Positions 1 to 15,452 of a stretch of DNA of 64,000 nt are shown piece by piece. Under the pieces are notes generated by a model. The model had not been told where the DNA came from. It ran no database searches and saw nothing but the letters and a program-made list of their open reading frames with translations. The position numbers and the translations under genes are program-made. The DNA is from Alphaproteobacteria bacterium (GTDB lineage: Bacteria; Pseudomonadota; Alphaproteobacteria; SP197): contig OZ220705.1 of NCBI GenBank assembly GCA_965116515.1, positions 3,807,565 to 3,871,564 of the forward strand, read 5' to 3'. Each line of letters opens with the position of its first letter. Position 1 is the first letter of the stretch.

Positions 1-297
1 CGACCGAAAGCGTTGCCCCTACCGGCAACATGGCCTCATCGCTGACGCGGAACTCGACGAGCTGGCGCAGCGGCTCGGTGCCGGCAGCGGCGAAGTGACC
101 CCGACGAGGCCGGTTGAGGTGCCGGGCTTTCGCCTCTTGCGCGCCGATTTGCAGGGCCGTGTATCCATCGCGCTCAACGGATCGCCGGGCAACGACGCGG
201 TTGGCACCAACCTCGAGAACGGTGACCGGAATGTGGCCACCGTCGCGGGTGAATATCCTGCTCATTCCGAGTTTTCTGGCGATCATGCCGCAACGCA
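1..297 (-). CDS. rplC: 50S ribosomal protein L3 (N-terminal part; gene runs off window start)
   Basis: Reverse-strand translation from ATG at 297-295 gives [52 protein letters not shown], the canonical L3 N-terminus. Position directly downstream of rpsJ as in S10 operons. Confidence 0.85.
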
Positions 298-308
298 TGG
301 CCTTCACC

Positions 309-617
309 TCACAGCTTGATCTCGACATCGACACCGGCCGCGAGGTCGAGCTTCATGAGTGCATCGACGGTCTGGGGCGTCGGCTCGACGATGTCGATAA
401 GACGTTTATGGGTGCGGATTTCGAACTGCTCGCGCGACTCCTTGTCAATATGGGGACCTCTCAGAACCGTGAACTTCTCGATCCGTGTCGGTAGTGGAAT
501 GGGACCCTTGACCCTGGCGCCGGTACGCCGCGCCGTGGAGACGATTTCGCTGGTCGACTGGTCGAGCAGCCGATGATCGAAGGCCCTGAGCCTGATCCTG
601 ATGTTTTGTCCGGCCAT
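309..617 (-). CDS. rpsJ: 30S ribosomal protein S10
   Basis: 102-aa [24 protein letters not shown]...[14 protein letters not shown], full-length S10. 24 nt downstream of tuf. Confidence 0.95.
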   Translation of the reverse strand: MAGQNIRIRLRAFDHRLLDQSTSEIVSTARRTGARVKGPIPLPTRIEKFTVLRGPHIDKESREQFEIRTHKRLIDIVEPTPQTVDALMKLDLAAGVDVEIKL

Positions 618-640
618 TGCCTTCGTCCCCTCGCCCCAAC

Positions 641-1833
<1,193 letters not shown>

Positions 1834-1868
1834 AGGTTGCCTCATCTGTCCTTGAAAGTGGCTCGCAC

Positions 1869-3944
<2,076 letters not shown>

Positions 3945-3996
3945 TTCTGCTCGTCCTTGGGGTCGCTTCGGGGGCCCCGGGTTACCAGCTTCGACG

Positions 3997-4467
3997 CTAC
4001 CAGCGGTAGTGCGAAAACGCCTTGTTCGCGTCCGCCATCCGATGGGTGTCTTCACGTTTCTTGACGGCAGCACCGCGCTGTCTCGAGGCATCCAGGAATT
4101 CTCCCGAGAGGCGTTGCACCATGGTGGTTTCCGAGCGGGCCCGCGCGGCGCCGATGAGCCAGCGGATGCCCAGCGCCTGCTGCCTGTCAGGCCCGACCTC
4201 CACCGGCACCTGATAGGTGGCGCCGCCGATGCGCCGCGAGCGCACTTCGACAGCCGGCCTGACGGCGTTTAACGCCAGGTGAAAGACGCCGATGGGATCC
4301 TGGCCGGTGGTGTCACGAATTCTGTCAAGGGCACCGTAGACGATACCCTCGGCGACCGCTTTCTTGCCATCTCGCATGACGCTGTTGATGAACTTGGTGA
4401 GCACGATGTCACCATGGAGGGCGTCGGGAAGGACATCCCGCCTTTCGGCGGCGCGGCGGCGTGACAT
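3997..4467 (-). CDS. rpsG: 30S ribosomal protein S7
   Basis: C-terminal 156 aa of ORF 3997-4776: [48 protein letters not shown]...; ATG at 4467. 14 nt after the rpsL stop. Confidence 0.93.
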   Translation of the reverse strand: MSRRRAAERRDVLPDALHGDIVLTKFINSVMRDGKKAVAEGIVYGALDRIRDTTGQDPIGVFHLALNAVRPAVEVRSRRIGGATYQVPVEVGPDRQQALGIRWLIGAARARSETTMVQRLSGEFLDASRQRGAAVKKREDTHRMADANKAFSHYRW

Positions 4468-4481
4468 GGCGGGGTCCCTCC

Positions 4482-4853
4482 TTACCTGGGACGCTTGGCG
4501 CCGTACTTGGAACGGCTCTGACGGCGCTCGGCGATGCCCTGGGTATCGAGGGTGCCGCGAATGATATGGTAGCGCACCCCGGGAAGGTCCTTGACGCGAC
4601 CGCCCCTGATCATGACCACCGAGTGCTCCTGCAGATTGTGCCCCTCGCCCGGAATGTAGCTCGTCACCTCGAAACCGTTGGTCAGACGAACCCGTGCCAC
4701 CTTGCGCAGGGCCGAGTTCGGCTTCTTGGGAGTCGTCGTGTAGACGCGGGTACAAACGCCGCGTTTCTGCGGACATGCCTCAAGGGCCGGCACCTTGTTG
4801 CGCGCCCGCCGCGGCTTGCGCGGCTTGCGGATCAGCTGGTTCACGGTTGGCAT
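4482..4853 (-). CDS. rpsL: 30S ribosomal protein S12
   Basis: 123-aa [55 protein letters not shown]..., full-length S12. Confidence 0.96.
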   Translation of the reverse strand: MPTVNQLIRKPRKPRRARNKVPALEACPQKRGVCTRVYTTTPKKPNSALRKVARVRLTNGFEVTSYIPGEGHNLQEHSVVMIRGGRVKDLPGVRYHIIRGTLDTQGIAERRQSRSKYGAKRPR

Positions 4854-4939
4854 GCGCCTGGTTCCCGGTTCCGTCGCACAGACAAAACACTTCCCGTTCT
4901 CCCGCGTGGCCCGCGCCCCGGGATTGTGAGAGTGTGTTC

Positions 4940-4992
4940 AAGGGCTTCCCCTTCCCCTCCCCGCAGGGTGGCAAGGGGAAGCGGACTATAGG
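4940..4992 (-). terminator. GC-rich hairpin between rpoC and rpsL (possible partial terminator/attenuator)
   Basis: Inverted repeat CTTCCCCTT...AAGGGGAAG in the 189-nt rpoC-rpsL spacer. No clear U-tract. Confidence 0.25.
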
Positions 4993-5042
4993 GCTGGCTG
5001 ATCACCCGGTCAAGTCCCCCGCAACAGCGAAATTCCCGGGTC

Positions 5043-8000
5043 CTATTCGGCAACCAGATGTGGCACGTCGCTCTCGAACGACAGGTGGCCGGCATCCGGA
5101 ATGTCCTCGTCCTCCACGGGCAACCGGGGCCGGTTCATCTCCTCGATGGTGCGCAAACGCTGGGTGACGCGCCCGGTCCCGGCGGGAATGAGGCGGCCGA
5201 CGATGACGTTCTCCTTGAGGCCGGAGAGTGTGTCGCGCTTGCCCGTCACCGCGGCCTCGGTGAGCACCCGCGTGGTCTCCTGGAACGAGGCGGCCGAGAC
5301 AAACGAGCCGGTCTGCAGGCTGGCCTTGGTGATTCCCTGGAGAACCGGCGTTGCCGCGGCCTCCTCCAGGGCCGGCTCCGCGGCGTCCTCGTCCTTCCCG
5401 TTCTGTTCCCTGAGTCGGGCATTGGCATCCTCGAACTCGTTCTTGTCGACCTGTTCGCCAATGAGGAACATGGTGTCGCCCGGAGCGCTGATTTCGACCT
5501 TTTGCAGCATCTGCTGGCAGATCACCTCGATATGCTTGTCATCGATCCGCACTCCCTGGAGGCGGTACACCCCCTGGATCTCGTCGATGAGATAGTTGGC
5601 GAGAGCCTCAGTGCCGAGCACCCGGAGAATGTCATGCGGCACCGGGCTGCCATCGATGAGAATGTCCCCGCGGCGCACCTCGTCGCCGTCGTTGACGACG
5701 ATGTGCTTGCCCTTGGGCAGCAGATACTCCCGGGATTCGAGACCGTCCTCGGACCTGACGTAAAGACGCCGCTTGTTCTTGTAGTCCTTGCCAAAGGCCA
5801 CCCTGCCATCGTTCTCGGCGATGACCCAGTGGTCCTTGGGCTTGCGCGCCTCGAAGAGCTCGGCCACCCGCGGCAGACCACCGGTGATGTCCGTGTTGGT
5901 GACGGAATCCCGGGGAATCCGCGCCAGCACGTCTCCCGGCCGCACCTGCTGGCCGTTCTCGATGGAAAGCACCGCACCCACCGACAGTTCGAAATCCTTG
6001 GATTCCTCCTCCCCGGCAGAACTGACGACGATGCGCGGCCGCAGACCGGCGCCGCGCGACTGCTGGGCCCAGTCGACAACGACCTGACTGGTCATGCCGC
6101 TGGTCTCGTCGAGAGTTTCGCGCAGGGTCTTGCCCTCGGTCAGGTCCCTGAACTCCACCTGGCCACTGCGGTCGGTGATGACCGGCCGGGTATATGGATC
6201 CCAGCGCGCCAGGGTGTCGCCGCGCTCGACCCGGGTGTCGGTCCCGGTCAGCAGACGCGATCCGTAGGGCAGCCGCTTGGCAAACCGCTCGCGGCCGTCA
6301 TCGTCAGTGATGAACACCTCGCTGTTGCGTGCCAGGACGATGATGTTGTTGTCGCTGTCGGTCACGAGCTGGGAGTTGCGGATGCCGACAATTCCGGCAA
6401 CCGGGGTATCGATGGATGACGTCTCGTCACCGCGCTGGGCCGAACCGCCGATGTGGAAGGTCCGCATGGTCAGCTGCGTCCCCGGCTCGCCGATGGACTG
6501 CGCCGCGATGACGCCAATGGCCTCACCGAGGTTGACGGGCGTGCCACGCGCGAGGTCGCGTCCGTAGCAACGGGCACAGACCCCCGACCTCGTCTCGCAC
6601 GACAGCACCGAACGGATACGGATCTGCTCCAGCCCCGACTCCCGGATTGCCTCCATGTGGCGCTCCTCGATCATCGTGTCGGTCTCGACCAGCACCGTGT
6701 CGTCCTTCGGGTTGACGACCTCTTCAAGCGTGAAACGGCCAAGCACCCGCTCGGCGAGGGAGACTATCTCCTCCGACCCCTGAACCACGGCCTTGACATC
6801 GATGCCCCGCGTGGTGCCGCAGTCCTCGGTGACGACGACGCAGTCCTGGGCGACATCGACCAGTCGCCGCGTCAGATAGCCGGAATTGGCGGTCTTGAGA
6901 GCGGTGTCGGCCAGTCCCTTGCGGGCGCCGTGAGTGGAGTTGAAGTACTCGCCGACCGAAAGTCCTTCCTTGAAGTTGGCGATGATCGGCGTCTCGATGA
7001 TTTCACCCGAGGGCTTGGCCATGAGGCCGCGCATGCCGGCAAGCTGCCTGATCTGCGCCGGCGCGCCACGGGCGCCGGAATGGGCCATCATGTAGATCGC
7101 GTTCATCCGCTGACTGTCGTTCTCGCCGCCGGGCTGCGAGAGCCCGGACATCAGGGCATCCGCCACCTTGTCGGTGCAGTGGGACCACTCGTCGATCACC
7201 TTGTTGTAGCGCTCGCCCTGGGTGATGACGCCGTCCATGTACTGCTTCTCGTACTCGCGCACCTTCTCCTGGGCGGCGCGCACCAGGGATTCCTTGCCGT
7301 CGGGAATCACCATGTCGTCCTTGCCGAAGGAAATGCCGGCATCGCAGGCGTGGCGGAAACCGAGGTTCATGATGCGGTCGCAAAAGAGCACCGTCTCCTT
7401 CTGGCCGCAGTAGCGGTAGACCCTGTCGATGATGCCCGAAATCTCGCGCTTGGTGAGGACACGGTTGATGAGTTCGAAGGGGAGTTCGGGATGGTCGGGA
7501 AGCAGTCTGCCGAGCATCATGCGCCCTGGCGTGGTCTCGACAATCGTCGAGGACCGGCCGCCTTCGCCATCGTCGACGTGACGGCGCGAACGGATCTTCG
7601 CGTGCATCCGCACAGCGCCGACATGCAGGGCATGCTCGATCTCGCCGATTCCGCGGAACACCATGCCCTCCCCGGTCTGTCCCGCGATCTCGAGAGAAAG
7701 GTCGTAGAGCCCGAGGATGATGTCCTGCGAAGGCACGATGATCGGCTTGCCGTTGGCGGGCGACAGTATGTTGTTGGTCGACATCATGAGGACGCGGGCC
7801 TCGAGCTGCGACTCGATCGACAGAGGCACGTGAACCGCCATCTGGTCGCCGTCGAAATCGGCGTTGAAGGCGGCACAGACCAGGGGATGGAGCTGAATCG
7901 CCTTGCCCTCGATCAGAACCGGTTCGAAGGCCTGGATGCCGAGACGGTGGAGGGTGGGCGCCCGGTTGAGCAGAACAGGATGTTCGCGGATCACCTCCTC

Positions 8001-9239
8001 GAGGATGTCCCAGACCTCGGGCCGTTCCTGCTCGACGAGACGCTTGGCCGCCTTGATCGTCGATGCCTTGCCGTACATCTCGAGCCTGGAATAGATGAAG
8101 GGCTTGAAGAGCTCGAGAGCCATTTTCTTCGGCAAACCGCACTGGTGAAGCTTGAGCTCCGGTCCGACGACGATCACCGAACGCCCGGAGTAATCGACCC
8201 GCTTGCCCAGGAGGTTCTGGCGGAAACGTCCCTGCTTGCCCTTCAGCATGTCCGAGAGCGAACGCAGCGGCCGCTTGTTGGCGCCGGTGATGGTGCGGCC
8301 ACGCCGTCCATTGTCGAACAGAGCGTCCACCGCTTCCTGCAACATGCGCTTTTCGTTGCGCACGATGATCTCCGGCGCGTGAAGTTCGATGAGGCGTTTG
8401 AGCCGGTTGTTGCGGTTGATCACGCGGCGGTAGAGATCGTTGAGGTCCGAGGTGGCAAAGCGTCCACCGTTGAGCGGCACCAGCGGCCGCAGTTCCGGCG
8501 GAATGACCGGAATCACCTCCATGATCATCCACTCGGGCCTGTTGTCCGACGCACGGAAGGTCTCGATGAGCTTGAGGCGCTTGACGATCTTCTTGCGCTT
8601 TGCCTCCGACGTGGTCTCCGCGAGTTCCTCGCGCAGGATCTTGCTCTCGTCATCCAGATCGATCATGGAAAGCATGCGGCGCACCGCCTCGGCGCCCATG
8701 CCGGCGACAAAGGCGTCTTCGCCGTACTCGTCCATCGCCTCGTCGTACTCTGCGTCGGTCAGCAACTCGCCACGCTCGAACGGCGTCAGTCCCGGATCGA
8801 TGACAATGTACTGTTCGAAGTAGAGAACCTGCTCCAGCGACTTGAGAGTCATGTCGAGCAACAGGCCGATGCGGCTGGGCAACGACTTCAGAAACCAGAT
8901 GTGGGCGACCGGGGCCGCGAGCTCGATATGCCCCATGCGTTCGCGGCGCACCTTCGCCTTGATGACCTCGACCCCACAACGCTCGCACACGATACCCCTG
9001 AACTTCATGCGCTTGTACTTGCCGCACAGGCACTCGTAATCCTTGGTCGGACCGAAGATGCGGGCGCACATCAGGCCATCGCGCTCCGGCTTGAATGTCC
9101 GGTAGTTGATGGTTTCCGGCTTCTTGACCTCGCCGAAGGACCACGACCGGATGGTCTCGGGACTGGCGATTGAAATCCTGATCTGGTCGAAGCTTTCGAT
9201 GCCCGTCGCCTGACCGAATATGCGCATCAGCTCATTCAT
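5043..9239 (-). CDS. rpoC: DNA-directed RNA polymerase subunit beta'
   Basis: 1398-aa [67 protein letters not shown]...; zinc-finger CX2C...CX2C and NADFDGD motif present. Confidence 0.97.
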   Translation of the reverse strand: MNELMRIFGQATGIESFDQIRISIASPETIRSWSFGEVKKPETINYRTFKPERDGLMCARIFGPTKDYECLCGKYKRMKFRGIVCERCGVEVIKAKVRRERMGHIELAAPVAHIWFLKSLPSRIGLLLDMTLKSLEQVLYFEQYIVIDPGLTPFERGELLTDAEYDEAMDEYGEDAFVAGMGAEAVRRMLSMIDLDDESKILREELAETTSEAKRKKIVKRLKLIETFRASDNRPEWMIMEVIPVIPPELRPLVPLNGGRFATSDLNDLYRRVINRNNRLKRLIELHAPEIIVRNEKRMLQEAVDALFDNGRRGRTITGANKRPLRSLSDMLKGKQGRFRQNLLGKRVDYSGRSVIVVGPELKLHQCGLPKKMALELFKPFIYSRLEMYGKASTIKAAKRLVEQERPEVWDILEEVIREHPVLLNRAPTLHRLGIQAFEPVLIEGKAIQLHPLVCAAFNADFDGDQMAVHVPLSIESQLEARVLMMSTNNILSPANGKPIIVPSQDIILGLYDLSLEIAGQTGEGMVFRGIGEIEHALHVGAVRMHAKIRSRRHVDDGEGGRSSTIVETTPGRMMLGRLLPDHPELPFELINRVLTKREISGIIDRVYRYCGQKETVLFCDRIMNLGFRHACDAGISFGKDDMVIPDGKESLVRAAQEKVREYEKQYMDGVITQGERYNKVIDEWSHCTDKVADALMSGLSQPGGENDSQRMNAIYMMAHSGARGAPAQIRQLAGMRGLMAKPSGEIIETPIIANFKEGLSVGEYFNSTHGARKGLADTALKTANSGYLTRRLVDVAQDCVVVTEDCGTTRGIDVKAVVQGSEEIVSLAERVLGRFTLEEVVNPKDDTVLVETDTMIEERHMEAIRESGLEQIRIRSVLSCETRSGVCARCYGRDLARGTPVNLGEAIGVIAAQSIGEPGTQLTMRTFHIGGSAQRGDETSSIDTPVAGIVGIRNSQLVTDSDNNIIVLARNSEVFITDDDGRERFAKRLPYGSRLLTGTDTRVERGDTLARWDPYTRPVITDRSGQVEFRDLTEGKTLRETLDETSGMTSQVVVDWAQQSRGAGLRPRIVVSSAGEEESKDFELSVGAVLSIENGQQVRPGDVLARIPRDSVTNTDITGGLPRVAELFEARKPKDHWVIAENDGRVAFGKDYKNKRRLYVRSEDGLESREYLLPKGKHIVVNDGDEVRRGDILIDGSPVPHDILRVLGTEALANYLIDEIQGVYRLQGVRIDDKHIEVICQQMLQKVEISAPGDTMFLIGEQVDKNEFEDANARLREQNGKDEDAAEPALEEAAATPVLQGITKASLQTGSFVSAASFQETTRVLTEAAVTGKRDTLSGLKENVIVGRLIPAGTGRVTQRLRTIEEMNRPRLPVEDEDIPDAGHLSFESDVPHLVAE

Positions 9240-9263
9240 GCCCTGTCTCCTGTTGACTGGCGG

Positions 9264-12200
9264 TCAGCCTGCCTGTTCAAGCTCGACATTGAGGCCGAGC
9301 GCCTGCATTTCCTTGACCAGCACGTTGAAGCTCTCGGGAATGCCCGCCTCGAAGTGCTGATCGCCCTTGACGATGGATTCGTAGATCCGCGTACGGCCGG
9401 CGACATCGTCCGACTTGACGGTGAGGATCTCCTGGAGCGTGTAGGCCGCACCATAGGCCTGCAGCGCCCAAACCTCCATCTCGCCGAATCGCTGGCCGCC
9501 GAACTGGGCCTTGCCGCCAAGCGGCTGCTGCGTGACGAGGCTGTAGGCGCCGACCGAGCGGGCGTGGATCTTGTCATCGACGAGGTGATGGAGCTTCAGG
9601 ATGTAGTGATAGCCCACGGTGACCGGCCGGTCGAAGGGTTCCCCGGTCCGGCCATCAATGAGTATCTCCTGGCCGCTGTTGGAGAAACCGGCAAGCTCGA
9701 GCATGTCGGTGATCTCCTTTTCGCCGGCGCCGTCGAACACCGGAGTGGCGACCGGAATGCCGGATCTCAACTCGTTGGCGAACTCCATGAGTTCGGTGTC
9801 CTTCATCGCCGAGAACCGGCCGGCCTCCGGGGTCTCCCCGTAGACCCCGGAGAGCAGGGTGCGCAAGTCGTCATGGGTCGACACCCTGTCTCCATCGAGA
9901 GGCATCTCGATCGTCATGCTGTCGACCATGCGGCCGATCTTCCTGCCGATGCCGGCGCAGGCCCAACCAAGGTGGGTCTCGAGAATCTGCCCGACATTCA
10001 TGCGGCTCGGCACACCGAGCGGATTGAGCACGATGTCGACCGGCGTACCATCCTGGAGATAAGGCATGTCCTCGATGGGTACGATGCGGGAAATGACACC
10101 CTTGTTGCCATGGCGACCGGCCATCTTGTCACCGGCCTGGAGCTTGCGCTTCACGGCGACAAAGACCTTGACCATCTTGAGCACGCCGGGCTGCAGTTCG
10201 TCACTCGCCTCGAGTTTCTCGAGGCTGGCCCGGTGCAGTCTCTCAAGGTCCGCCATCCGGTCGTCGTAGCGAGCCTTGAGCTCTTCGATGGCCTCCATGG
10301 AGGCACGGTCGGCCACGACGATTTGCCATCTCTGGCCGTGAGTCAGGGAGTCGAGAAGATCCCGGTCGACCACGGCGCCCCGCGCAACACCCTTGGGCCC
10401 ACGCTTGACGGTACCGCCGTCGAGCAGGTCAACGAGACGCGCCTGAACGGTCCTCTCGATGATGGAATGCTCGTCGGCCCGGTTCTGTTCGAGGCGGTCG
10501 ACCTCGGCACTGTGAATGGTCTCGGCGCGCTGGTCCGTGTCGTAACTTGCACGCGAGAAGACCCTCACCTCGACCACGGTTCCCTGACCACCTGGAGGTA
10601 CGCGAAGCGACGTGTCGCGCACATCCGAGGCCTTTTCGCCGAAGATGGCGCGCAACAGCTTCTCTTCGGGAGTAGTCGGACTCTCTCCCTTCGGGGTGAT
10701 CTTGCCGACGAGGATGTCATCGGCCTCGACCTCGGCACCGATGTAGACGATGCCCGCCTCGTCGAGATGCCGCAAAGCCTCGTCACCGGCATTGGGAATG
10801 TCGCGCGTGATCTCCTCGGGGCCAAGCTTGGTGTCGCGGGCCACCACCTCGAACTCCTCAATGTGAATCGAGGTGAAGACGTCATCCCTGACAATGCGTT
10901 CGGAAATGAGGATCGAATCCTCGAAGTTGTAGCCATTCCACGGCATGAAGGCGCACAGCACGTTGCGGCCGAGCGCCAGTTCGCCGTGATCGGTCGACGG
11001 ACCGTCCCCGAGGATCTCGCCCTTTTCCACCCGCTGGCCGGTCTTGACCAACGGCCGCTGGAGGATGCACGTGCTCTGGTTGGAGCGCTGGAACTTCAGC
11101 AGCGGATAGATGTCGACATTGAGAGTGTTGAGCGCCTCCTCCTCGTTGACCCTGATGACGATCCGCTGGGAGTCGACCTGGTCGACCACGCCACCGCGAC
11201 GGGCGACGATGGTGGAGACGGAATCCCGGGCCACCACATCTTCCATGCCGGTTCCGACGAGCGGCGCTTCGGCGCGGATCAGCGGCACGGCCTGACGCTG
11301 CATGTTCGAGCCCATCAGGGCGCGGTTGGCATCGTCATTCTCGAGGAAGGGAATGAGGGCGGCGGCGACCGACACCAGTTGCTTGGGCGACACGTCCATC
11401 ATGTCGACATAAGCCGAATCCGCCATGACGAACTCGCCGTTCCGGCGGCATGACACAAGCTCGTCGGCGAAACGGCCGTCCTCGGTGAGTCTGGCATTGG
11501 CCTGGGCAATGGTGTGCAGCCGTTCCTGCATCGCCGTCAGGTACTCGATCTTGTCGGTCACCCGGCGTTCACCGTCGGCCAGTTCCACCTTGCGGTAGGG
11601 ACTCTCTATGAACCCGTGCTGATTGATGCGGGCAAAGGTGGCAAGGGAGTTGATGAGGCCGATGTTGGGCCCTTCGGGCGTCTCCACCGGGCAGATCCGG
11701 CCATAGTGGGTCGGATGCACATCCCGCACCTCGAAGCCGGCGCGCTCGCGGGTGAGCCCACCCGGCCCGAGTGCCGACAGGCGGCGCTTGTGCGTCAGTT
11801 CCGAGAGCGGATTGGTCTGCTCCATGAACTGGGAGAGCTGGGAGGCTCCGAAGAATTCGCGCACCGCCACCGCCGTGGTCTTGGCGTTGATGAGATCGTG
11901 CGGCACTTCCTTGTCGAGTTCGGCCTGGCTCATGCGCTCGCGCACCGCCCGTTCCATGCGAAGCAGGCTCGCCCGGTACTGGTTCTCGAGCAATTCGCCG
12001 ACGGAGCGCACGCGGCGGTTGCCGAGGTGATCGATATCATCGATGTCGCCGCGACCGTCCCTCAGTTCCACCAGTGTCTTCAGACAGGCCATGATGTCGC
12101 CGGGCGTCAGCACGCGGCCGGTCTCTGCATGATCGGGACCAAGGCGCTCATTCATCTTGACGCGCCCGACCGTTGACAGATCGTAGCGGTCGGCATCGAA

Positions 12201-14099
12201 GAAGAGCCCCCTGAACAGGGTCGCAGCAGCTTCCGGCGTGGTCGGATCGCCAGGCCGCATGACCTTGTAGATCTCGATCTGCGCCTCCTCGCGGTTCGAT
12301 GCCTTGTCGATACCCAGAGTCTTGCAGATGTGGGGACCCACCTTGACGTGATCGATATCGAGGGTTGTCACCTCATCGTTCGCATGACTGGCGAGGAGAT
12401 CGAGCAGTTCCCGGTCGATCTCGGCGCCAGCCTCGGCGAGAACCAGCCCGTTCGATTCGTCGATGTGGTCTCCGGCAAGGAACCTGCCCAGAAGCAGTTC
12501 ATCGCCCACGAACTGCTCCTCGAGCCCGGCCTCTGCCAGCTTTCGCAGCTGCAGCCTGGTGAGTTTGGTGCCAGCTGTCGCCATCACAGCGCCGTCAGCG
12601 GCATTAACGAGATCGCGTGTCAGCTTGGTGCCCAGCAGAGCGGAGGACTCCGAGGCGTCAAACGGCACTTTCCAACCCGGGCGAACGAGTCGCTTCGCGG
12701 TCTCTGTGCCGCCTTCCTCGAACAGCGTGATGCTCTCAATATCGGAGCGCACCAGCTTGTTGAGCAGCTTGCGGTCAACATGGGCCCCGGCCGCGGCAAC
12801 CACGGTGTCACCGGAACCCGGGACGTCGATGGCCAGCGTCCGTCCCTCAAGCTCATCCCGGGTCACCTCGACGCCGAGGGGCCGTCCGTCGGCACTGGTG
12901 AGGATCTCGTCACGCCAGGCGTCCGTGACCCGCGTCCCAGCCGGGGCGGCAACATTGCCGGAACGGACGTCAAAGAGGTCGTTGGCGAGCACGTCCCCGG
13001 TCGCTCCGGCGACATCGAAGAGGACGAACCACTTCCTGTGCTCGCTTGAACGCAGGGCAACGGTCGGCGAGTCACCGCCGAACATCGTGACCTCGTCGAC
13101 CTCAACGGATCCCAGGGCGGAAAGATCGCGGCGGGTCAGGACCGTCCCGGAGTCGACAACAACCAGGCCCGTTTCCGGATCGATGACATCCTGGGAAAGG
13201 CAGCGCCCTACAAGGGCGTCATCCCTGACATGGCTGGCAAGATTCTTCGAGGACCTTCCCCTCTTCGGCAGGGTCGAGCCGGCTACAGCCACAACACGCC
13301 CCTTCGCAAGGTCGATGACATCGTGCCCAAGAACTCCACCGGCCCGGTCAGCGTCATCGAGGGGCAGCGCCCACTCCTGGTGGATGCGCACGAACGGCAC
13401 CGTGTCGTAGAACGTCTCCAGAACATCTTCGGCTGTGTAGCCCAGAGCAAAGAGCATGGTCGTCGCCGGCAGTTTGCGGCGGCGGTCGATGCGTACGTGA
13501 ACGATGTCCTTGGCGTCGAACTCGAACTCCAGCCAGGAGCCGCGATAGGGGATCACACGGGCGGTGAACAGGAACTTGCCCGAGGCGTGGGTCTTGCCCT
13601 TGTCGTGATCGAAGAAGACGCCCGGTGACCGGTGCATCTGCGAGACCACCACGCGCTCGGTGCCATTGACGATGAAGGTGCCCTTGTCCGTCATGAGTGG
13701 AATATCACCCATGTAGACATCCTGCTCCTTGACGTTGCGGACCTCCCTCTTGCCGATGTCGCGGTCGACGTCATAGAGAACCAGGCGCAGCTTCACCCGC
13801 AAGGGCGCGGCGTAGGTCAGATCCCGCGCCAGGCACTCCATCTCCGTGTGCTTGGGCGGTTCGATCTGGTAGCGCACGAACTCGAGATCGGCGCGGTCGG
13901 AAACATCACTTATCGGGAAGACCGAGCGGAACACGCCCTCGAGTCCCTCGTCGAGGATCTCGTCCGGCGCGGCGTCGCGCTGCAGGAAATGGTCATAGGA
14001 GATGCGTTGCACATCGATCAGGTTGGGCATGTCGATCACCGGCGGAATTCGTCCGAAGTTGCGCCGCGTGGCGGAACGCCTGTTCATGTGCTTTTCCAT
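9264..14099 (-). CDS. rpoB: DNA-directed RNA polymerase subunit beta, unusually long (1611 aa)
   Basis: ORF begins [38 protein letters not shown] and ends ...[16 protein letters not shown]. Conserved beta blocks throughout, plus ~230-300 extra residues in the dispensable-region-I segment. Confidence 0.95.
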   Translation of the reverse strand: MEKHMNRRSATRRNFGRIPPVIDMPNLIDVQRISYDHFLQRDAAPDEILDEGLEGVFRSVFPISDVSDRADLEFVRYQIEPPKHTEMECLARDLTYAAPLRVKLRLVLYDVDRDIGKREVRNVKEQDVYMGDIPLMTDKGTFIVNGTERVVVSQMHRSPGVFFDHDKGKTHASGKFLFTARVIPYRGSWLEFEFDAKDIVHVRIDRRRKLPATTMLFALGYTAEDVLETFYDTVPFVRIHQEWALPLDDADRAGGVLGHDVIDLAKGRVVAVAGSTLPKRGRSSKNLASHVRDDALVGRCLSQDVIDPETGLVVVDSGTVLTRRDLSALGSVEVDEVTMFGGDSPTVALRSSEHRKWFVLFDVAGATGDVLANDLFDVRSGNVAAPAGTRVTDAWRDEILTSADGRPLGVEVTRDELEGRTLAIDVPGSGDTVVAAAGAHVDRKLLNKLVRSDIESITLFEEGGTETAKRLVRPGWKVPFDASESSALLGTKLTRDLVNAADGAVMATAGTKLTRLQLRKLAEAGLEEQFVGDELLLGRFLAGDHIDESNGLVLAEAGAEIDRELLDLLASHANDEVTTLDIDHVKVGPHICKTLGIDKASNREEAQIEIYKVMRPGDPTTPEAAATLFRGLFFDADRYDLSTVGRVKMNERLGPDHAETGRVLTPGDIMACLKTLVELRDGRGDIDDIDHLGNRRVRSVGELLENQYRASLLRMERAVRERMSQAELDKEVPHDLINAKTTAVAVREFFGASQLSQFMEQTNPLSELTHKRRLSALGPGGLTRERAGFEVRDVHPTHYGRICPVETPEGPNIGLINSLATFARINQHGFIESPYRKVELADGERRVTDKIEYLTAMQERLHTIAQANARLTEDGRFADELVSCRRNGEFVMADSAYVDMMDVSPKQLVSVAAALIPFLENDDANRALMGSNMQRQAVPLIRAEAPLVGTGMEDVVARDSVSTIVARRGGVVDQVDSQRIVIRVNEEEALNTLNVDIYPLLKFQRSNQSTCILQRPLVKTGQRVEKGEILGDGPSTDHGELALGRNVLCAFMPWNGYNFEDSILISERIVRDDVFTSIHIEEFEVVARDTKLGPEEITRDIPNAGDEALRHLDEAGIVYIGAEVEADDILVGKITPKGESPTTPEEKLLRAIFGEKASDVRDTSLRVPPGGQGTVVEVRVFSRASYDTDQRAETIHSAEVDRLEQNRADEHSIIERTVQARLVDLLDGGTVKRGPKGVARGAVVDRDLLDSLTHGQRWQIVVADRASMEAIEELKARYDDRMADLERLHRASLEKLEASDELQPGVLKMVKVFVAVKRKLQAGDKMAGRHGNKGVISRIVPIEDMPYLQDGTPVDIVLNPLGVPSRMNVGQILETHLGWACAGIGRKIGRMVDSMTIEMPLDGDRVSTHDDLRTLLSGVYGETPEAGRFSAMKDTELMEFANELRSGIPVATPVFDGAGEKEITDMLELAGFSNSGQEILIDGRTGEPFDRPVTVGYHYILKLHHLVDDKIHARSVGAYSLVTQQPLGGKAQFGGQRFGEMEVWALQAYGAAYTLQEILTVKSDDVAGRTRIYESIVKGDQHFEAGIPESFNVLVKEMQALGLNVELEQAG

Positions 14100-14159
14100 G
14101 ATGTCAGTCCCTGCAATCGATCAGTCTCGGAATTTGCGTCAACGCCCACTCCTTGGCCG

Positions 14160-14200
14160 ACAGGAACCATGCGCCCCTGCCGGCAAGGAAACGGGACCGC
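14160..14200 (-). terminator. rplL-rpoB intergenic hairpin plus U-rich tract (attenuator-like)
   Basis: On the transcript: GGGGUCCGCC-CCUUGU-GGCGGUCCCG followed by UUUCCUU. A partial terminator sits at this position in E. coli rplKAJL-rpoBC. Confidence 0.4.
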
Positions 14201-14240
14201 CACAAGGGGCGGACCCCAGATGGCGGAAACACGTGTCGAC

Positions 14241-14621
14241 CTACTTGACCTCGACGGTCGCGCCGGCGTCCTCGAGACGTTTCTGCAACGCATCGGCCTC
14301 GTCCCTGGAAACACCTTCCTTCACCGCCTTCGGCGCATCCTCGACGAGCGCTTTGGCTTCCTTGAGGCCGAGATCCGTGATCGCCCGGACCTCCTTGATG
14401 ACGGGAATCTTGCTGGTGCCAAAGCCGGTGAGGACGACGTCGAATTCCGTCTGCTCCTCGACTTCGGCCGCCACGTCTCCCGTGGCTCCGGGTGTTGCCG
14501 CGACAGCAACCGGCTGGGCGGCACTCACGCCCCATTTTTCCTCGAGCAGCTTCGACAGTTCCGCCGCCTCGATGACGGTCAGCGACGACAGGTCCTCGAC
14601 GAGTTGTTCAATCTTGCTCAT
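14241..14621 (-). CDS. rplL: 50S ribosomal protein L7/L12
   Basis: 126-aa [38 protein letters not shown]...[11 protein letters not shown]. Confidence 0.96.
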   Translation of the reverse strand: MSKIEQLVEDLSSLTVIEAAELSKLLEEKWGVSAAQPVAVAATPGATGDVAAEVEEQTEFDVVLTGFGTSKIPVIKEVRAITDLGLKEAKALVEDAPKAVKEGVSRDEADALQKRLEDAGATVEVK

Positions 14622-14669
14622 GGTCTTCCATAACTCCAGTTGGGGTGTTTCGGTTGTGGCCGAACCGGA

Positions 14670-15179
14670 TCATTCCGCCGTTTGCCGGGAATCGAGCAGC
14701 CGGGCAATGCGGCTCCCCGGTTCCTGCAGGATTCCTGCAACCCTCGTTGCCGGCGTGTTGATCAGCATGATCAGTCTGGCACGCAGTTCATCGAGCGACG
14801 GCAGCTGGGCAATTGTCCGGACCCCGTCCGCGTCGAGCGGACGGCCGTCCATGGTTCCACCGACAATGACCAGCTTGCTGTTCTTCTTCGCATAGTCGAC
14901 GGTGACCTTGGCACCGGCCACGGGATCCGTTGCCGTGGCAATGGCGGAAGGCCCATGGAACATCCAGGCGATCGCCTCCATACCGGCATGCTCCAGGGCG
15001 CGCAGAACCAACCGGTTCTTGACCACCCGGAAGCTGGCGCCGGCATCGCGTACCGAACGCCGAAGCTCGGTCGCCTCGGCAACCGTGAGACCCTCGTGAC
15101 GCGCGACGATGACGATCTCGGCAGCGCCAAGCGCACCTTCGAGTTCACTGACGATCTCTTCCTTCCTTGAACGTTCCAA
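14670..15179 (-). CDS. rplJ: 50S ribosomal protein L10
   Basis: 169-aa ORF MERSRKEEIVSELEGALGAAEIVIVARHEGLTVAEATELRRSVRDAGASFRVVKNRLVLRAL... Confidence 0.94.
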   Translation of the reverse strand: MERSRKEEIVSELEGALGAAEIVIVARHEGLTVAEATELRRSVRDAGASFRVVKNRLVLRALEHAGMEAIAWMFHGPSAIATATDPVAGAKVTVDYAKKNSKLVIVGGTMDGRPLDADGVRTIAQLPSLDELRARLIMLINTPATRVAGILQEPGSRIARLLDSRQTAE

Positions 15180-15452
15180 AGGACTCCTCCATCAGATCGA
15201 AACGCCGGGCCGAAGCCCGTCGATCCGGTTCACTGGTTGTCCGCCTCCCCCGGTTCAAGGGAGGAGGGGACGTTGGTGTCCTGCCCCGGAATCCCCTCCT
15301 GGTTCCGGAATGCCGGAACCGGCTGGTCTCCCGTCTCATGCCGGCGGTATCGCCATTGAACCCGCCATCGGGTACCGGCAGTCTCGGACAGGGTTGCGGC
15401 ACGCCGGAGCATGCCGCCGGACGGCCTGAGCCGTCCCTTGGTCCCGGGGCCG
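15180..15452 (-). promoter_or_regulatory. L10 (rplJ) leader region, 273-nt 5' UTR between rplA and rplJ
   Basis: Long untranslated spacer at the position of the autoregulatory L10(L12)4-binding leader. Assigned from conserved position and length only. Confidence 0.4.

Noticed and set aside
19-240. 73-aa minus-strand ORF at the window start
   Set aside because: Wrong frame within rplC; the L3 N-terminus is read in another minus-strand frame starting at 297.
3945-4091. Upstream in-frame extensions of the ORFs for fusA, rpsG (to 4776), glmU (to 30940), the SDR (to 40177), the PotD-like SBP (from 39915), gcvPB (to 43660), cobB (to 50324), gor (to 25269) and tilS (to 56434)
   Set aside because: The extensions are Arg/Pro-rich low-complexity and would overlap upstream genes. 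Internal ATGs reproduce canonical N-termini (e.g. [14 protein letters not shown] for EF-G, MGSFDYDLVVIGGGSGG for Gor) and/or are preceded by SD sequences.
6453-9173. 906-aa plus-strand ORF
   Set aside because: Antisense to rpoC and low complexity (Leu/Arg/Asp/Gly-rich), so spurious. The same reasoning applies to the 699-aa ORF 9354-11453 antisense to rpoB and the 453-aa ORF 5058-6419.
9264-14099. 1611-aa rpoB as a gene fusion or intein-containing gene
   Set aside because: Conserved beta blocks are collinear from N- to C-terminus. The extra residues sit in the known dispensable region, and no intein splice-junction or homing-endonuclease motifs are visible.
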